From positions 558,001-622,000 of the forward strand of contig JBBPEB010000023.1 in assembly GCA_039096225.1 (NCBI GenBank): 64,000 nucleotides of DNA. The letters run 5' to 3'. This document shows, piece by piece, positions 32,319 to 52,432 of this stretch. Position 1 is the stretch's first letter, and each line of letters starts with the position of its first letter. The position numbers and the translations under genes are program-made. The notes beneath the pieces are model-generated. The model did not search any database. It was not told where the DNA came from and saw only the letters and a list, made by a program, of their open reading frames with translations. The DNA comes from Blastocystis sp. Blastoise. Lineage: Eukaryota; Protista; Bigyra: Opalinata.

Positions 32319-33742
32319 ATGCCAGGTAGTTCATACCAACAAACATATCAAAATGCTTTGAATGTCCTAAGCACTTTCTCATACAACCAAGTAAATCTTT
32401 ATTATTAAGCATATCTATTGATGTAGAATTACAACTTAACAGGCCAACTTCAGGCCTTGTTCAATAGTGGATTTATAAGAATTCACAGGGTTGAAGAAAG
32501 TATATTTTGAATATCATATGTTATCATATCATTATTTAAATAGATTCTGACACTGTGGTCTTTTCATTTATTATTAATTTACAAGGAAGAGAACCTCAAG
32601 GTTATAAAGTACGTTTTACGATGTCTCGTCAGAATTTTCCAATAACATCTCCAGAAATTCAGTTTGTTGGATATAGTATGCTTATATAAATATTTATATA
32701 TAATTATATGACTATTTTACAGGTGAATATAATATTAATCCTCAAGTACAGTGGCAAGGAAATCAAGGAAAAATCACTCCTCCAAATAATGTGAATCCTG
32801 TATATATAGTTTTATGTATATTTTAATGTATGCATTATAGAATCATTATATATAATAACAACTATTTATAGCATTCTGTTTTCACAGTATCATTCCAATA
32901 TATCATAGATATTATCACTAGATATACAATTTACGTGTATGATATTTTTTGATCTCTTTATTATCTTTAATTTTATTATTTATAAAAAAGTCTTATTTAT
33001 AACTAATGTTTTATATAGAAGATGTAACTCTTATATTCAAATAGATCCAAGTATATTTATGTTTATATATATATATATATATAGGTCTTATTCTTGATGG
33101 CAATTTATTTGATCCCAAAATTACTGATATAAATAAATTTGCGGTAAAGGATGCATATAAATATATAGCTGGAGGTGAATTTTCTGCTTGTTTTGAACTG
33201 TATATAGATATATATATTTATTTCTTATATTTTCTTTTATATTAATATGTATATATTCTATTATATTTAATATTGACGTGTATATATAGTAAATTAGGGA
33301 ATGATGCTGTTTGTGTAAAAGTACCGAAATATGATAATACAAATATATATGCTAAAAAGATAGAGAAACGAGAAATAGAAATATTAAGTCAATTACAACA
33401 TGAAAGTATTATTAAAGTATATATATATATATATATATATATTTATTTATTTATATATTTATTTATATATTTATAGTTTCGTGGAGTTGTTGTTTTAGAT
33501 GGTAAGTATTTAATAGTGACAAATTACTACCCTGGAAATGATTTAAAAAAATATATTAATAATAGAAAGTATATATAATTATTATTACCCATACATGTAT
33601 ATATTATATAGTCAGTCTGTTGAATCTCATTCAATATTATTTTGTGGTATTTTCAAGAAATTAGCAAAAGCCGTTGGGTATGCACATTCAATTAATATTA
33701 TACATAGAGATATAAAGGTATATATATAAATAATATTTAGTA

Positions 33743-33791
<49 letters not shown>

Positions 33792-34425
33792 ATTATAGCC
33801 TTCAAATGTGTTTATGGATAAATGTGATAATCCTTATTTGGGTGATTTCGGATTTGCACGTTTTTTATACGATGATACACAAGACATCACACATTGTGGA
33901 ACTGCTTTGTAGTATATATTATTATTATATATATTATTATTATATATATTATTATACTATAGTGCTGCGCCAGAACTCTTTGAAGCTGGAAAGGATTATA
34001 CAAATAAATGTGATATCTATTCACTTGGTTTAGTAGGCTATTATATTATGACTGGAAAAGATATAGCAGAATCAACATTTAAAGAAAATGTATATAAATA
34101 TATTATATGAATATATATTATATAAATATATATTATATACATAGTATGAAAGAGAAAAAAAGGACAGTAATTTTAAAATAAAAGTTGATCCTTACCTTAA
34201 TCGTGGTATATATTTATATATATTACTGTGTTCATCTATATATATATATATATATTATATAATATATATATATTTTTATATGTAATTAATAATACTACAT
34301 ATATAGTATTATATAACCTATTCAATTCATGTTTTTCATATGATCCTGAGAAAAGACCAACTGCAACCGAAATCGTTGATATATTAAGAACATATAATGG
34401 TAAACTTTATGAAGATTTCCATTAA
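32319..34425 (+). CDS. Protein kinase (TKL-like) with N-terminal UBC/UEV/RWD-like region
   Basis: IAGGEFS, VCVK, REIEILSQLQHESIIKF, IHRDIKPSNV, LGDFGFAR, GTALYAAPE, CDIYSLG, DPEKRPT; N-terminus has NFPITSPEIQF; about 12 introns. Confidence 0.88.
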
Positions 34426-35002
34426 TTTTTTGATGCTAATTTTTATACTGATTTCTGTTTCTTATATCCTTATACTCTACTTATTTTTTGTATATTTATT
34501 GAAAAACTTCTTTGCTTAAGAATTTTTTATAATACATGTGCTTTTTTTTTATATCATATATACACGAATTTCTTTTATACAACTGTATTATATACGATTT
34601 AATTTATAATGTATCAACTATATTCAATTGTTCACATTTTGTTAATGATTATTTTGTTTTCTTCTCTTTTCATGTATCATTATTGTCAAGCATATCATCA
34701 TTTATTTTTCTCTCGTTTCGTTTGATCCTTTTCTCAAAAATTTAATTTAATTAACAAAATTTTTTGACATAATTATCATAATTTATGTGAATATTCATTC
34801 TTATACATATATATTTTGTATATAACTAATCAGATTTGATTCTAATTGTATATTATCAAGTATACAAAAAGAAATAAAGAATAAGAATCAGATTATTTCA
34901 GCTAGTTCTAAAATTGAAGATGGTTGCCACCATTTCATTTCGCTTTTTCCCAATGATTCTTTGTCATTTTATATTTTTATTTGTTTATACAATCAATAAG
35001 AT

Positions 35003-36706
<1,704 letters not shown>

Positions 36707-37359
36707 TTATTTATACATATATATATATCACTTTAATATACTCATAAACAAAATTAATTTGAATTATAAAAAAGGACTTTTGAAAATCATTATATAACCT
36801 ATTATTATTCATTTTTAAAGAAAAAAAGTTTGTTTTACTTGTTTTGTTTTTCTATAAGAATACTACGGAATATTAAGAATAATAAAACACAACTCAAGGA
36901 AAACAAAAGATTCTTTTGAATTGAAAACAAAGACACAAAGAAAATAATAGCAAAAAAAAAGGAAAAAGAAAGCAGCTAATTAATATATATACTAATAAAC
37001 ATAAAGAAATAAACAAAAGTGTATCAAAAGCATAAATATATTATTCATAAAATGAAATATATATGTATAATTCATATATAATTAAAATATCGTTTATATA
37101 TAGAGAAGACAATAAAATATATTCTTTCTAAATAAATGTATATCATTTAACTATTTCTTCATAATATACGTATTCTTATACATATATATATATATATAAA
37201 TTACGTGAGCTCTGAAATAGTATTCCAATACATAATAATGAATATATATAGATAATAATGATGTCTTCAATGATATAATATATCTTATTTCGATTTATTC
37301 ATATATATATATGAATAGATATTAGAAAGTACCTTTATCTACTATAAGAATCTTTTCAT

Positions 37360-38720
37360 TTACATTTTAAATGTTTTCAAAGATCCATATATTTGAAAGG
37401 AGTTTATATATAATGGAAGAATGGAATGAGTAGAGAGATTTGTAGAGAGATTTCGAATTCGAATAGAAGTATAGAAATGTTCTGAAGGAGATGATATACG
37501 ATAATAATGGGATGTGAATGCATAATGATCATTTTGTTGTTCTTGAATATCCCTAACAAAACAGTCATCTTGGACTTCCTGAATAGGGGTCCATTGACTG
37601 TCTCCATCACGTTTTCCTTCAAATATCCAATGACGTAATACAGAAACTATATATATATATATATTTATATATATAATACACATATATATATACTAAAGAG
37701 AATAATATATATAATACATATAAATATATATAATACATATAAATATATATTAAAGAAAATAAATATATATTAAAGAAAATAAATATATATTAAACAAATA
37801 AAGCTTATATATACCATAAAAAGCAAATTGTATATATAAAAAAAATGAATTAATCAAAATAATTATAATTTTAGTATATACATATATATACAAATGAAAA
37901 ATAAATAAATGAATCAATCAAAACATTATATATAAAAAATACTATTAATTATATATATACATTTGCCACCTCCATTGGTTAATTGATATCCCGTGGGACG
38001 TATAGCATGATGAGGAAAGGATAATTCTAATTTTCCCGTGGAAATATATTTATCGGTTTCTTCTTTTATTTCATCAAATAAAACAGATAAATCTATAAAG
38101 TAATAAATAAGATATATAAATAGCTAATTATAGAATAGCATATATAATCTAAATCATAGATTTCTTTATATATATATACCTTCAGTATATTCATAATTAA
38201 CAGCAATTGTAGCCTTTTGATTTGTTTTAATCATACCCTAAACAGCAATAAAATAATTAATTACATTATTTGTATAACTAGTGACATACAGACTTAAAAG
38301 GATTGACAAATTGTTGTTCATCATTCTGACATGCAATGGTAGTAAATATATCTGAATCCATATTATCATGAAGTTCAACTGATTCACCATCTCTTGCAAA
38401 ATCCATAACAAGGTCAAAACAATTTTTACCAATTGAAAACAAAGGATTCTTATTCTGTATAGAAGCGGGAGACTCTCTATAGTTTCTTAAAAGATTAACT
38501 CCATCCACATTTTGGAAAAAGGCAACTTGTTCTTCATTATGATAAATAGAATTATTTGTTCTTTTGTTTTTGTAACAAGTGGAAAACTCTTCACAACAAC
38601 ATAAAAAACGTTTTATAGAAGATCTTGTTATCAGACAATTAGAAAAAGTACAAGGTTTAGTTAGTACAGCTATATGATAATGATATATGAAAAGAGATGA
38701 ATCATACGATATAAAGACAT
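37360..38720 (-). CDS. Protein with HECTD1-type galactose-binding-like (Sad1/UNC-like) domain, paralog A
   Basis: Five exons; FVNPFKS-GMIK, IRPTGYQLTNGGG, LRHWIFEG, FYTSIRI, LYINSFQIYGSL. Confidence 0.65.
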
Positions 38721-40416
38721 GTTTACTAAAATAAAAATATTATGGTAATTGAAGTAATAAAGAAAATTTGATGTTGAACAAGTGAAAACAACAAGAAATG
38801 AGGTCTTTGGTTGTCATTCGAAAAACGGATAATCATTGGGATGCATCATCATTGTCCCAGAAGATGGAATTATATTGGAGACTTAATAAACAATGATAAT
38901 GATGTTCTTTTTGAATCAGAAAATAAACATGAATAATTCTCAAAAAATAATAAAAGAAAACTTATTATTTGCGAGGATTTTTAGTAACATGACGCGTTTT
39001 GTACTCATCTTTGTTTATGTTGTGTCATTTCTATGTGTCATGTTGTTGTTGTGTCTACCAATAGGAAACAATTAGTTATTATAAAACAGCTATTTCTGGA
39101 AATTGTCATTCTTGAGCAAAAGAATTGGTTTTTTCCAAAACACTTGATTCCAACAATAAAACTTCCATTATAAAATAAAAAGAAGATTTCTTTTTTTATT
39201 CATTTTCTTCATATCTTATTTTATCTTATCCTTTTTTTATTGAATATTTTTTGTAAGACAGTAGTATCTGTTATTTAGAAGGATCCTAATTGTCCTATTC
39301 AAGCATTGTTGCCGTTGTCCTATATGGAATTCTGCGAGCATATTGATAGAAACTATATCAATGAAATAGTTAATATAGTGTCTACCATAAATTGCCTTTC
39401 AAGAGTATTTTATTAAGATAATATGTAACATTTTTCTTGAGTAGCTTTATTTAGGATTGTTTTATGTTTCATGAAATTTATGTTTATGATATATGCTATT
39501 CACTTTACAATTCAGAAGCTTTTTAACGACTAGAAATCCATCTCCTTTTTATTTTTTCATTTCCATTCTCATCTAAAATTCGAATTCAATAATAATTTTA
39601 TATCTCATACATTTATTTATCTCAAAATACTCAAAATCTGTTGTTAAGATATATTTTTTTGAACCAAAATGAACCAAAAGGTTGTTTGACATAGTAAATA
39701 AAGTTGCTACATCTATACGAATGTATAATAATTATTTAGAGACATTTTTCAAATAAGACAAGATCAAATATTTTTATACCGTAAGCAAATATTATTCTTA
39801 AATGAATTCGATTCAAAATGCTTTTGTCTACAATAACCAAATATTTATTTTATGGAAACAAAAATGATAATTTAGCATACAAATTATTTCTATTTAAATC
39901 ATAGTGTTAAAGATATGTGCATATATTTATATAAATAAAAGCTGTCAATGTTATTCTTCATAATGATCTTAAAATGGCAAGAAAATTTTCTTCATACTAT
40001 TCAAATTGTGAACATTAATAGTATTTTTAGTTCTATCAAATCAAAAATTTATTTGTGAATCTCTCTAATACTCATAAAAAAATAGAATTCACATTTTACA
40101 ATAAAATAAGCATGAGAAGTCAATTTAAAATAGGACTTGATTCATTATGATGATTCTCCTGTTGAAACACCAAGAGACAGTTAATCAAGCAAAGATAACC
40201 GTGGGGAAATGGATAATCAAAGTCAAGAAAAAATCTGACTTTTTCTAATAGAAAAAAGTAATTTTAAGACGTATTCTCATGGAAAAAAAGGCGAAACGTC
40301 CATGAAATCCAGTTTTATTCATGATTCTCAAGAGAGAAGATGATCTTTGATTCTACATTATCGTTGTAAAGGAAATAAGTTTTCGTTATTTGTCAATAAA
40401 TACTATTAAAAACACA

Positions 40417-41975
<1,559 letters not shown>

Positions 41976-42758
41976 AGAAAATCATTTTATATATATATTA
42001 TTATTTACTTTTAATAATCTAATGTATTTAATTATAGATTCTTTTTTCTATATATAATATATATATATATAATCATCTATAATTATATATAATCTATAAT
42101 TATATATACTAGATAATATCTACTTATTATACATCATCTTCTTCTTTTCATATTGTTTTTCAGTCATTTTTCTCTATTTTGTAAACCTCCGTATTTAATC
42201 CATCTTTTTCATACATACATATATATAATATTTATATAGTAACATAGAAATAGATTCATTTCGCTTCTATTTTTTTTCTTGTTTCTTTTTAGTTTGAATT
42301 ATATATATCATTCTTTGTATATGTATATATTTTTTTAATATCCTATTTTTTTATTGCATTTTATATTTATATATAAATATTTCGATTGTTTCTTGTTATG
42401 TGTATCTATCGTTTATCATTATTATTTAACGAATTTATATATGCAATGAATTGAGTTTAGTTTCCTATTATTATTATTACTTATGTATTTAAGTATATTA
42501 GTATTCATAGAACTATAGAATATGTGCTAATCATGATTTTTAGAAATAACTTATATAAAAACACAACAAATATAGAGAATCTATGATAAATAAACAAGCA
42601 ATGCGTTATGCTAAAAGAAATTTTATATATTTTATTTACAAATTAAAATATAATAAACGAAATAGTATTTAATAATACAGCTAGAAAAGTTAAAAATGAA
42701 AAGTGATTATAAAAGATATGAATATACATTAAAAAAATAATTCATTTTATTTAAAAAA

Positions 42759-43185
42759 TTAGAATTCATTTAATAATAATTCTTCATTATATTTATAAAA
42801 TTTTGTTGTTTGTATACTTCCAAATAATTCAAATCCACTTATATAAAAAGCATTTGGTTTGGAAGTAGACATATGTATATATAAATTACTCAATTTAAAA
42901 TATGAGAAATACATATTCTGTGGTACATCTATTGGCCAACAATGTCCTCTATATATATATATATATATGAAAGAATAGAAGAAACTTGTAGATATATATA
43001 ATGCATAATGATGTAAATTATTAACTGTATTATATTCTAATAAATATACAAGAAAGATAAGTTTCGATCATTTTCACTAGAAACATCATTAAAGAAAGTA
43101 TCATCTTGATCATGTCTTCTTAGCGTGACCCACGGTCCGTCAGGGGAATTCGATCCTTGTAATATCCATCGTGTATGAACAGAAC

Positions 43186-43263
<78 letters not shown>

Positions 43264-44503
43264 AATATAGATATAGATACAGATATATATAAAAAGATGT
43301 TCTAGATATAATTAAATATATAAATATAGATATAATTAGATAATATGATTCGTATAAAGAATATATCAGAGAAGAAGAACAAAATAAAATAGAAAATGAA
43401 AAAAAAAATCTAAAAAATATCAGTTAGGAATAATGTAAGAATATTTATAATGAATACGAATTTAGAAAAAGAATAATAAAATATTATATATATATATGTC
43501 AAAAACGAAGTTATTCTTAAAAAACCATTATCAGAAAGAATAATTTATATAAAAAAATGAAGAAAAATATAGATTAAGAAAACATATATAATCCCAAAAG
43601 TATATAATTCTATACCTCTTCCTCCTCCGTTCTTTAGCATATATCCTGTAGGATGAATTTTATGAAAAGGAAAATGAAAAATAATAACTCCAGGATCAAA
43701 ATAGCAATCTTTATCTGTAATACTCTTTTCTGCAAATAATCTCTCTACGTCTATATATATATATATATATATATATACATCTATATATATACATATATAA
43801 ATATAAAATACATATATAAACATACATATATAAATACATATATCAATAAATAACACAATAAAAATAACAAAAAAAAACATCATATTTATATATACTGTCA
43901 CTCTTAGAATAATTCACATGATAGCCATTGATCGTTGGTATTTCAATAAGTCCCTAAATAAAATAAATTTTTGTAATTTATAAAATTTTCAAAAACATTT
44001 AAAAAATAGTTTAAAATATTTTAAAATTATAGATATATATACACTTGTAATAGGATTAATATAAATTTTTTTTGGATTAGACTGAGAGAGCCAATAAATG
44101 ATTCCATGCTCATTTGGATCATCGTGATAAGGAACAGATTTCTCATCTAGAAATAAAATAAAACAATTGGGTCAATCATAGCAACTAATATACTCTTTGC
44201 ATAGGATATTATCATTTTAATGCAATCTACACCAACGGAATATACTGCATGCGTTGATCGTTCTGACTGAACAGAAGAAAGACCCGATAAAAAACAAATA
44301 ATGTTTGAATTAACACCTGAGAATGGTGAAAGACTCTTCTTATCAATAAGATGCATATTCATCTGTGATTGAACGTCTTTCTGAAATCGTTTATTTGCTC
44401 CTTGGCAATCAGTTTGGATAATTTCAGTTATCATTTGTTTCTTTTTCTTCTGGTATGGTTTTCTTGAATTTATATAACAAATCCGGATTGATTTTTGTGA
44501 CAT
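42759..44503 (-). CDS. Protein with HECTD1-type galactose-binding-like (Sad1/UNC-like) domain, paralog B
   Basis: HDDPNEHGIIYWL..INP..GLIE, KIHPTGYMLKNGGG, RWILQGSNS...WVTLRRHDQD, LYISGFELFG. Start uncertain. Confidence 0.7.
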
Positions 44504-45294
44504 AGTCTCCACGGGGATCTTTTTTGATTCTAAATATTAATGGATCCATATTGAAATTGAAGATAAAATGAAGAAATTTTCAAAAAAAATCGTTGTCCTG
44601 TTTTTCGCTTCAAAAATCACTTATTCAAGCAAAATCATTGGACGAAGAATATATAGTAAATGTTTCATTGGTCAGTTTGATTACATCACTTTCTTAGTTC
44701 ATTCCTGTTACTGAAGACCCTTTGAAATAAAAGAGAAACGAAGCTGCTTCTTTGTAATGGCTCCTATTTACAAAATAATAATTATCATCTAAATAGAATA
44801 TATATTCATTGAATATCTTTTAAAAGATATTCATTTTTTAGTAGAAATAATGAAGATTTTTTAACTAGAGTTAAATTTCATCTATACATATAGATAATGA
44901 ATCTATTATACTTAATATATCCAATTTTCATTAGAATATTCATAAATAATCTAATCAGCAAGAATCAAAGAAAGCGAGCACAATTATGTCTGACTTTAAT
45001 GATGATTTATCTTCCATTAAAATCTTCATCTGTTACATTAAAATATCCTTAGGTTTTTAATTGAAATCAACTAGAAAGTAATTTGAATTCCTTCAATTCT
45101 CATATTATGATATCCCAATATATTGGATATGTGCTTTACTGATTGAGAAAGACATTCTTATAAATATATCATTTCACAATAAGATATATAAATAAGAAAA
45201 AACAATAAAGAAAATAATATTAGAATAATCATGGAATAAACAATGAAATGAATAAAGGAATGTATCTTTCCCAGAAAGAAGAACCTATTTCAAA

Positions 45295-47168
<1,874 letters not shown>

Positions 47169-47385
47169 AATAAATGTAGAATAAAAGGTCATTATTATTA
47201 TTTCATGAATATCTAGGAAACATGTTGAGTTATTAGTTTTAAATGTATTCTTTTATTTTATCATAATAATAAAAATATAAACAAAACACATGAAAGAAAC
47301 AAGAAATGGGTTTTAAACGGATTACAACTATTTGCTAAAGAAACCACCCCAAAATATATTTATTTGTACAAAATCCTTTATTGCA

Positions 47386-48647
47386 TTACATGATTGAACA
47401 TTTGGACATTTTATGATAACCATATAAACTACAAAGTTGTTTTTGATTAAATGCTTGTGGTCTATAAGAGAATAGATATTAATGAATATTTGTAATATAA
47501 ATAAATAGATCATAGAAGATAGATAGTAATATAAATAAATAAATCATTGAAGATAGATAATAATATAAATAAATAAATCATTGAAGATAGATAATAATAT
47601 AAATAAATAAATCATTGAAGATAGATAATAATATAAATAAATAAATCATAGAAGATAGATAATAATATAAATAAATAAATCATAGAAGATAGATAATAAT
47701 ACAATATAGTAAATATAAAACAATATATATATATCTATATAATATAGACTTATCTGTTTTTACGTACTACTTCAATGGCATCAACATTAGTCATTCCTTT
47801 TTCAATAAGAGCAATAGTCACTAAGGTAGGAGCACGACCTAAACCCGCCTTACAATGAACCTATAGGTATATTAGAACATAAGTTATATATACTATATTA
47901 TAGGTTTATTAAATATAGATATAAACTAGTTATACAATAAAATTAGTATATACATATAATAAAAAGAGTTTTAAAATATATGATATAATAATTATATATA
48001 TATCATAATACAAAATAATAATAATAATAATATATCAAAATAATAATTTTAAAAAAATAATAATTCAAAAAAAATTTTTTTAAATCAAAATAATAAATAA
48101 TAATATAAATACAGCAATTGCACCTTTTTGATTAGATTTATTTTTATCGAAGAAGCGTTTATTAACTAATTCTAAGAATTGAATAATAATTTCTTTTGGT
48201 GGAATAGCACCATCATCAAATATTAATACATGACTTTCAATAGAATTCTTACTCAAGGATTGTTCATCATATTCGCATTCCTGACAAGTTCGTACTACGT
48301 CAGTAACGTTATATTTTTTGTATAATTCAATATATTCTGATAATTCGTATTCACGAGGCATCTGTATAAAATAATAGGTATAAGGAAATTAAAAATATAT
48401 GAAATTGATATGTGTGTATTCTAGTTCAGTGTATAGAGATATTATGTAATTTATACAAAGAATTAAATATAAAATTTCCCATAGTTAAAAGAAATTTCAT
48501 AGAAAATCATATTGTATAAAGTATAATATAAATGTTCATGAATTTAAAATATATATTGATATAAAAAAAAATTATAACATAAAAAAATACTCCAGTAATG
48601 ACGAAAGTCATTCCAGATTGAGAGATAACAGTAGGGGGAGTTAACAT
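47386..48647 (-). CDS. PTP4A: PRL/PTP4A-type protein tyrosine phosphatase with CAAX box
   Basis: [42 protein letters not shown]-terminal CSIM. Last intron has an AT donor. Confidence 0.92.
47495..47700. repeat. Intronic tandem repeat, 34-bp unit, about 6 copies
   Basis: TATAAATAAATAAATCATTGAAGATAGATAATAA repeated in the last PTP4A intron. Confidence 0.9.
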
Positions 48648-49442
48648 GATTGGTTTGAATGGAAGAAAATAATCTAATTTGAGTTATAAAAGGTATAAAT
48701 TAGCCTGGATTTGGTTCTAACAGTAAACAAATTATATGAGATGCTATATTTGAAGTGAGGCAAAAAAACATTCAATACAGTGTCCACATGTGAACAGAGA
48801 GAAATTTTTAGAAACAAGGTGAAGGTAAAAAAAAAGGAGGAAATTTTCAAGTCCTATGACCTTTTAGTTAAGGTTCCTCCATTCATTTTTCTTGTATAAA
48901 AATCGGATGCGACAATTTTTTAAAGGAATACAAGAATTTTTAATAGAGAAACCAGTATAGAAATGAAATTTTCTAAAAATAATCCAGGATGTTTCTTGAA
49001 AACAGCTGTTGTTTTTCATATTTTCTCCAATCAGGCTTGATAAATCCACCTGAATTGAGAATACTAAGGAATTGTCATTTTATAAATAAAAAATACATGC
49101 CATATTCTAAATAGTTATTTTGGATTTATTATAGTTTTTATATTAAAATACTAGCATTTTTTTTCGTTCTGTCATCTTGTGTTTTTCCTAATGTTATTTT
49201 CTGCTATTTTAAAATTGAATATTTTTTAATGTTGTAGAAAATAAAATGGCAGATTCATGATATTTTGACATTTAAAGTCATTTTTAAGAATAAGATAGTT
49301 ATATACTATTTAATTTAGTTTGTAATAAATTGATATTTGTCAAATTGTACAGTTAAATTATTATAAATCTGCTTAGAATATTCAGATTTAGATTCAAAAC
49401 GAAATTTAAATGCATATTAGAATTGAAAATATACCAAATAAA

Positions 49443-51116
49443 CTATATTTTTTGGATTGAACGAAGATGTTCAATGAATTCAGGTTCACAGTATTCTAGA
49501 GTTGACTGATCATTATCACAATCATCTATAGAAGCACCATGTTCAACCTAGACATAGAAAAATATATATATATATTATTTATATTCATTTAAAAGGATAT
49601 ATATACAAGTTTTTCTGCAATTTCATTATATTCACAAGTAAGAGCTAGAGAGAGAGCAGTGCATCCATCATTGTCTTTTATATTGACATCAATTGGATGT
49701 TCAAGTAATAAATCAACAATATCTTCATGACCACGATCACATGCCCAATGTAACGCACTATAAATAGAATAGAAGAGTAAAAGTATATGTATTCATATAC
49801 ATATGAATAAATTGTTTTTTAAAGAGATAAAAAATATATATAGAATAATAGATATGTTTAATAGAAATAAAAGATTTTGTTGGTATAGAATATTTTATAA
49901 ATAGAATATATAGAATATAGATATAAATTATTCAGAAAATAGAATATAGAATATAGATATAAATTATTCAAAAAATAGAATATAGAATATAGATATAATT
50001 TATTCAAAAAAAGTAATATATAAAATCATATATATATATATATACGTTTTTCCAGTTTCATCTTTTAAGTTAAGATCCACATTGTTTTGTATTAATGTAT
50101 ATACCTTCTCATAACTGCCTTCACTTGCATAATACCAAATATTATCTTGAGGTTTATAAGCATCTGAATCACTATATATAATAATATACTATGAATATAA
50201 TATATTCAATGATCTCCTAAGTTTATATTTTATAAATATAGATTCATAAGAATAAATTATATATAATATGTATTATGTCATGTATAGGGAATTCATTATT
50301 ACTACTATATATATATACCCAATAGTAATTCCTCCTACTGGTTTTCCCCAATTGTCATCATCCGATCTTTCGGAAGATTCTAATGATAATAAAAGAATAC
50401 ATATAATATACATATATTCACATATAATATTTTTATATTAAAAAAAATAAGATAAATAATAGAATCCATTTTGGCTAAGAATAAAAAAAGAATTTTTTAA
50501 TAAAACAATTTTTGCTAAGATAAAAAATAATTTATACAATAAAATCAATTTCAGAAAAAGATAATGAAAAATAAAATCATACTTTGAGGTGTGAAATCCG
50601 TTTTAATCTTCCAATCAGGATACAATTTCGATACATAATCAATATATTTCAACTGAGCTTCACTATACAATTAAAAGAAATTGTAATATCTAATAAATAT
50701 ATATAGTATACTTAGAAGACATTCCTTTCAATTTGTTCCATGCATCCCATTTAGCTGCCTTGACCATATCAAATGAAGCTGGTCTTGAAGTATCACAATC
50801 ACCAACCACAGATTGTTTATAAAGAGCATATAAATTTAACAAGATAACATTGGAAAGATCTCCATTGACTTTTTGGACAAATTCACATGCTGATTCAAAT
50901 TCAGTCATTTCTTGTTCAGATATTTCTGACGCATCAGTTTTCACCTCCGAAAGCAATGGTTCTGTTGTTGATTTTTTGTTTTTTGAGCATTTAATAACTC
51001 TATATGCTACGTAAATAGCGATCAAAACAATTGCTACTATAATAAAATAAATATAAATCATCATTATGAAAGAAAACAAGAAAAGAAATGGAACCAAAAA
51101 TGTTTTTTGATGACAT
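49443..51116 (-). CDS. Acyl-CoA-binding protein with N-terminal TM segment and ankyrin repeats (ACBD6 / plant ACBP1-2 architecture)
   Basis: LNLYALYKQSVVGDC..AKWDAWNKLKGMS..AQLKYI; TALHWACDRGH, CTALSLA; 6 introns. Confidence 0.9.
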
Positions 51117-51873
51117 TGTTTTTCATTTCATTGTAGGAGATGAAAAAGATCAATAGAATACTATTTTATATATTTTCACATCAGTACCTTTTCTAATATT
51201 TATATATTATTTTAATTCGGTTATTTGAAAACAATTGTTATTAATGTCATTGTCAAGAAGTGTATATTTATTTGAATTTTATAGTTTTATGCACTAAAAA
51301 ACGTTGTAAAGCCAATGATTATAATTAAGATATGGTTTGATCTAAATTGTTATGGTATTTTGAGGTCATCAATCGTTAACTAGTGATTCATATTCACAAA
51401 CCGTTTTCATATGTTCATTTAATGTAGAAAGTAATAGGGAAACAATGTTTGCAAATAAGTGAATGACATGATCGTGACAGCAATCAAATATCAATAAAAA
51501 ATATTTTGTTAAACTATAGGAATAACATTATATTATACAAATCGATATTTTATAAGAATATATGAAAAAGTATACTATAAAAATTAAATACTAGCAACTC
51601 AAAAAAATATTTGCAAGGAAAATGATTCAATTATTTATTACTTTTTATTTTATTTCATCTATTTTTATTTTTACTACTATTAGTATATAAACATTATTTT
51701 TATATATTTTGTTCCCCTACTCTGTATATAAAAAAATATTATTTTGTTAATAACACAACAACATATTACAATGAGTGTTCAATTATATAAAAAAATAAAA
51801 CAGATATGAAATACTTCAAAAAGATATAAAGAAAAAGATAAAGAGAATAATGAATACAAAATAAATAGAGATT

Positions 51874-52137
51874 TTATTGAGAATTCTTCTTTTCTTTAGC
51901 AGCTAATTTGGAAGCAGCTTTAGCGTCCTTCTTTTCTTGTTTAATTCTATTAAGTCTTTCAGCTTCAACCATATTATGACGAGTTTTTTCTTTGTTATGA
52001 TGAAGACATTCAAGATAATCTTCCTTTAATAAATCGCATTTTCTAGGGTCGTTAGCATTACTCATGCATTCAGAGAAATCCATCCAAATAGCATGACAAC
52101 GACTTTCGGAACCCATAGCACCAAGACCTGAGGACAT
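51874..52137 (-). CDS. NDUFS5: Mitochondrial complex I 15-kDa subunit (twin CX9C)
   Basis: SRCHAIWMDFSECM..CDLLKEDYLECLHH; intronless. Confidence 0.9.
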   Translation of the reverse strand: MSSGLGAMGSESRCHAIWMDFSECMSNANDPRKCDLLKEDYLECLHHNKEKTRHNMVEAERLNRIKQEKKDAKAASKLAAKEKKNSQ

Positions 52138-52432
52138 TTTCTAGTTTGTTATTATAAAATACACAAATAAGCCAAATAAACAAGTAAGTTCAACAAATTG
52201 TTATCTCATAAAAGTGAACCGTGATTATTTGTAGGAATAACAGTCTAAATTCATTTTTTGTTTCTTTTGATTACCCTATTGAATCGAGAACTTTTTGTAG
52301 GAAAAAACATTGAAAACAAGAGAATCGTGATTTTATGAATATCTTGACTTGTTTTATGTTTTTATTCGTTAAAAAGTGATTCTTTATTTTATTTGCACAT
52401 ATCTTTGCTTAATACACTTCTATTGAATTGAA

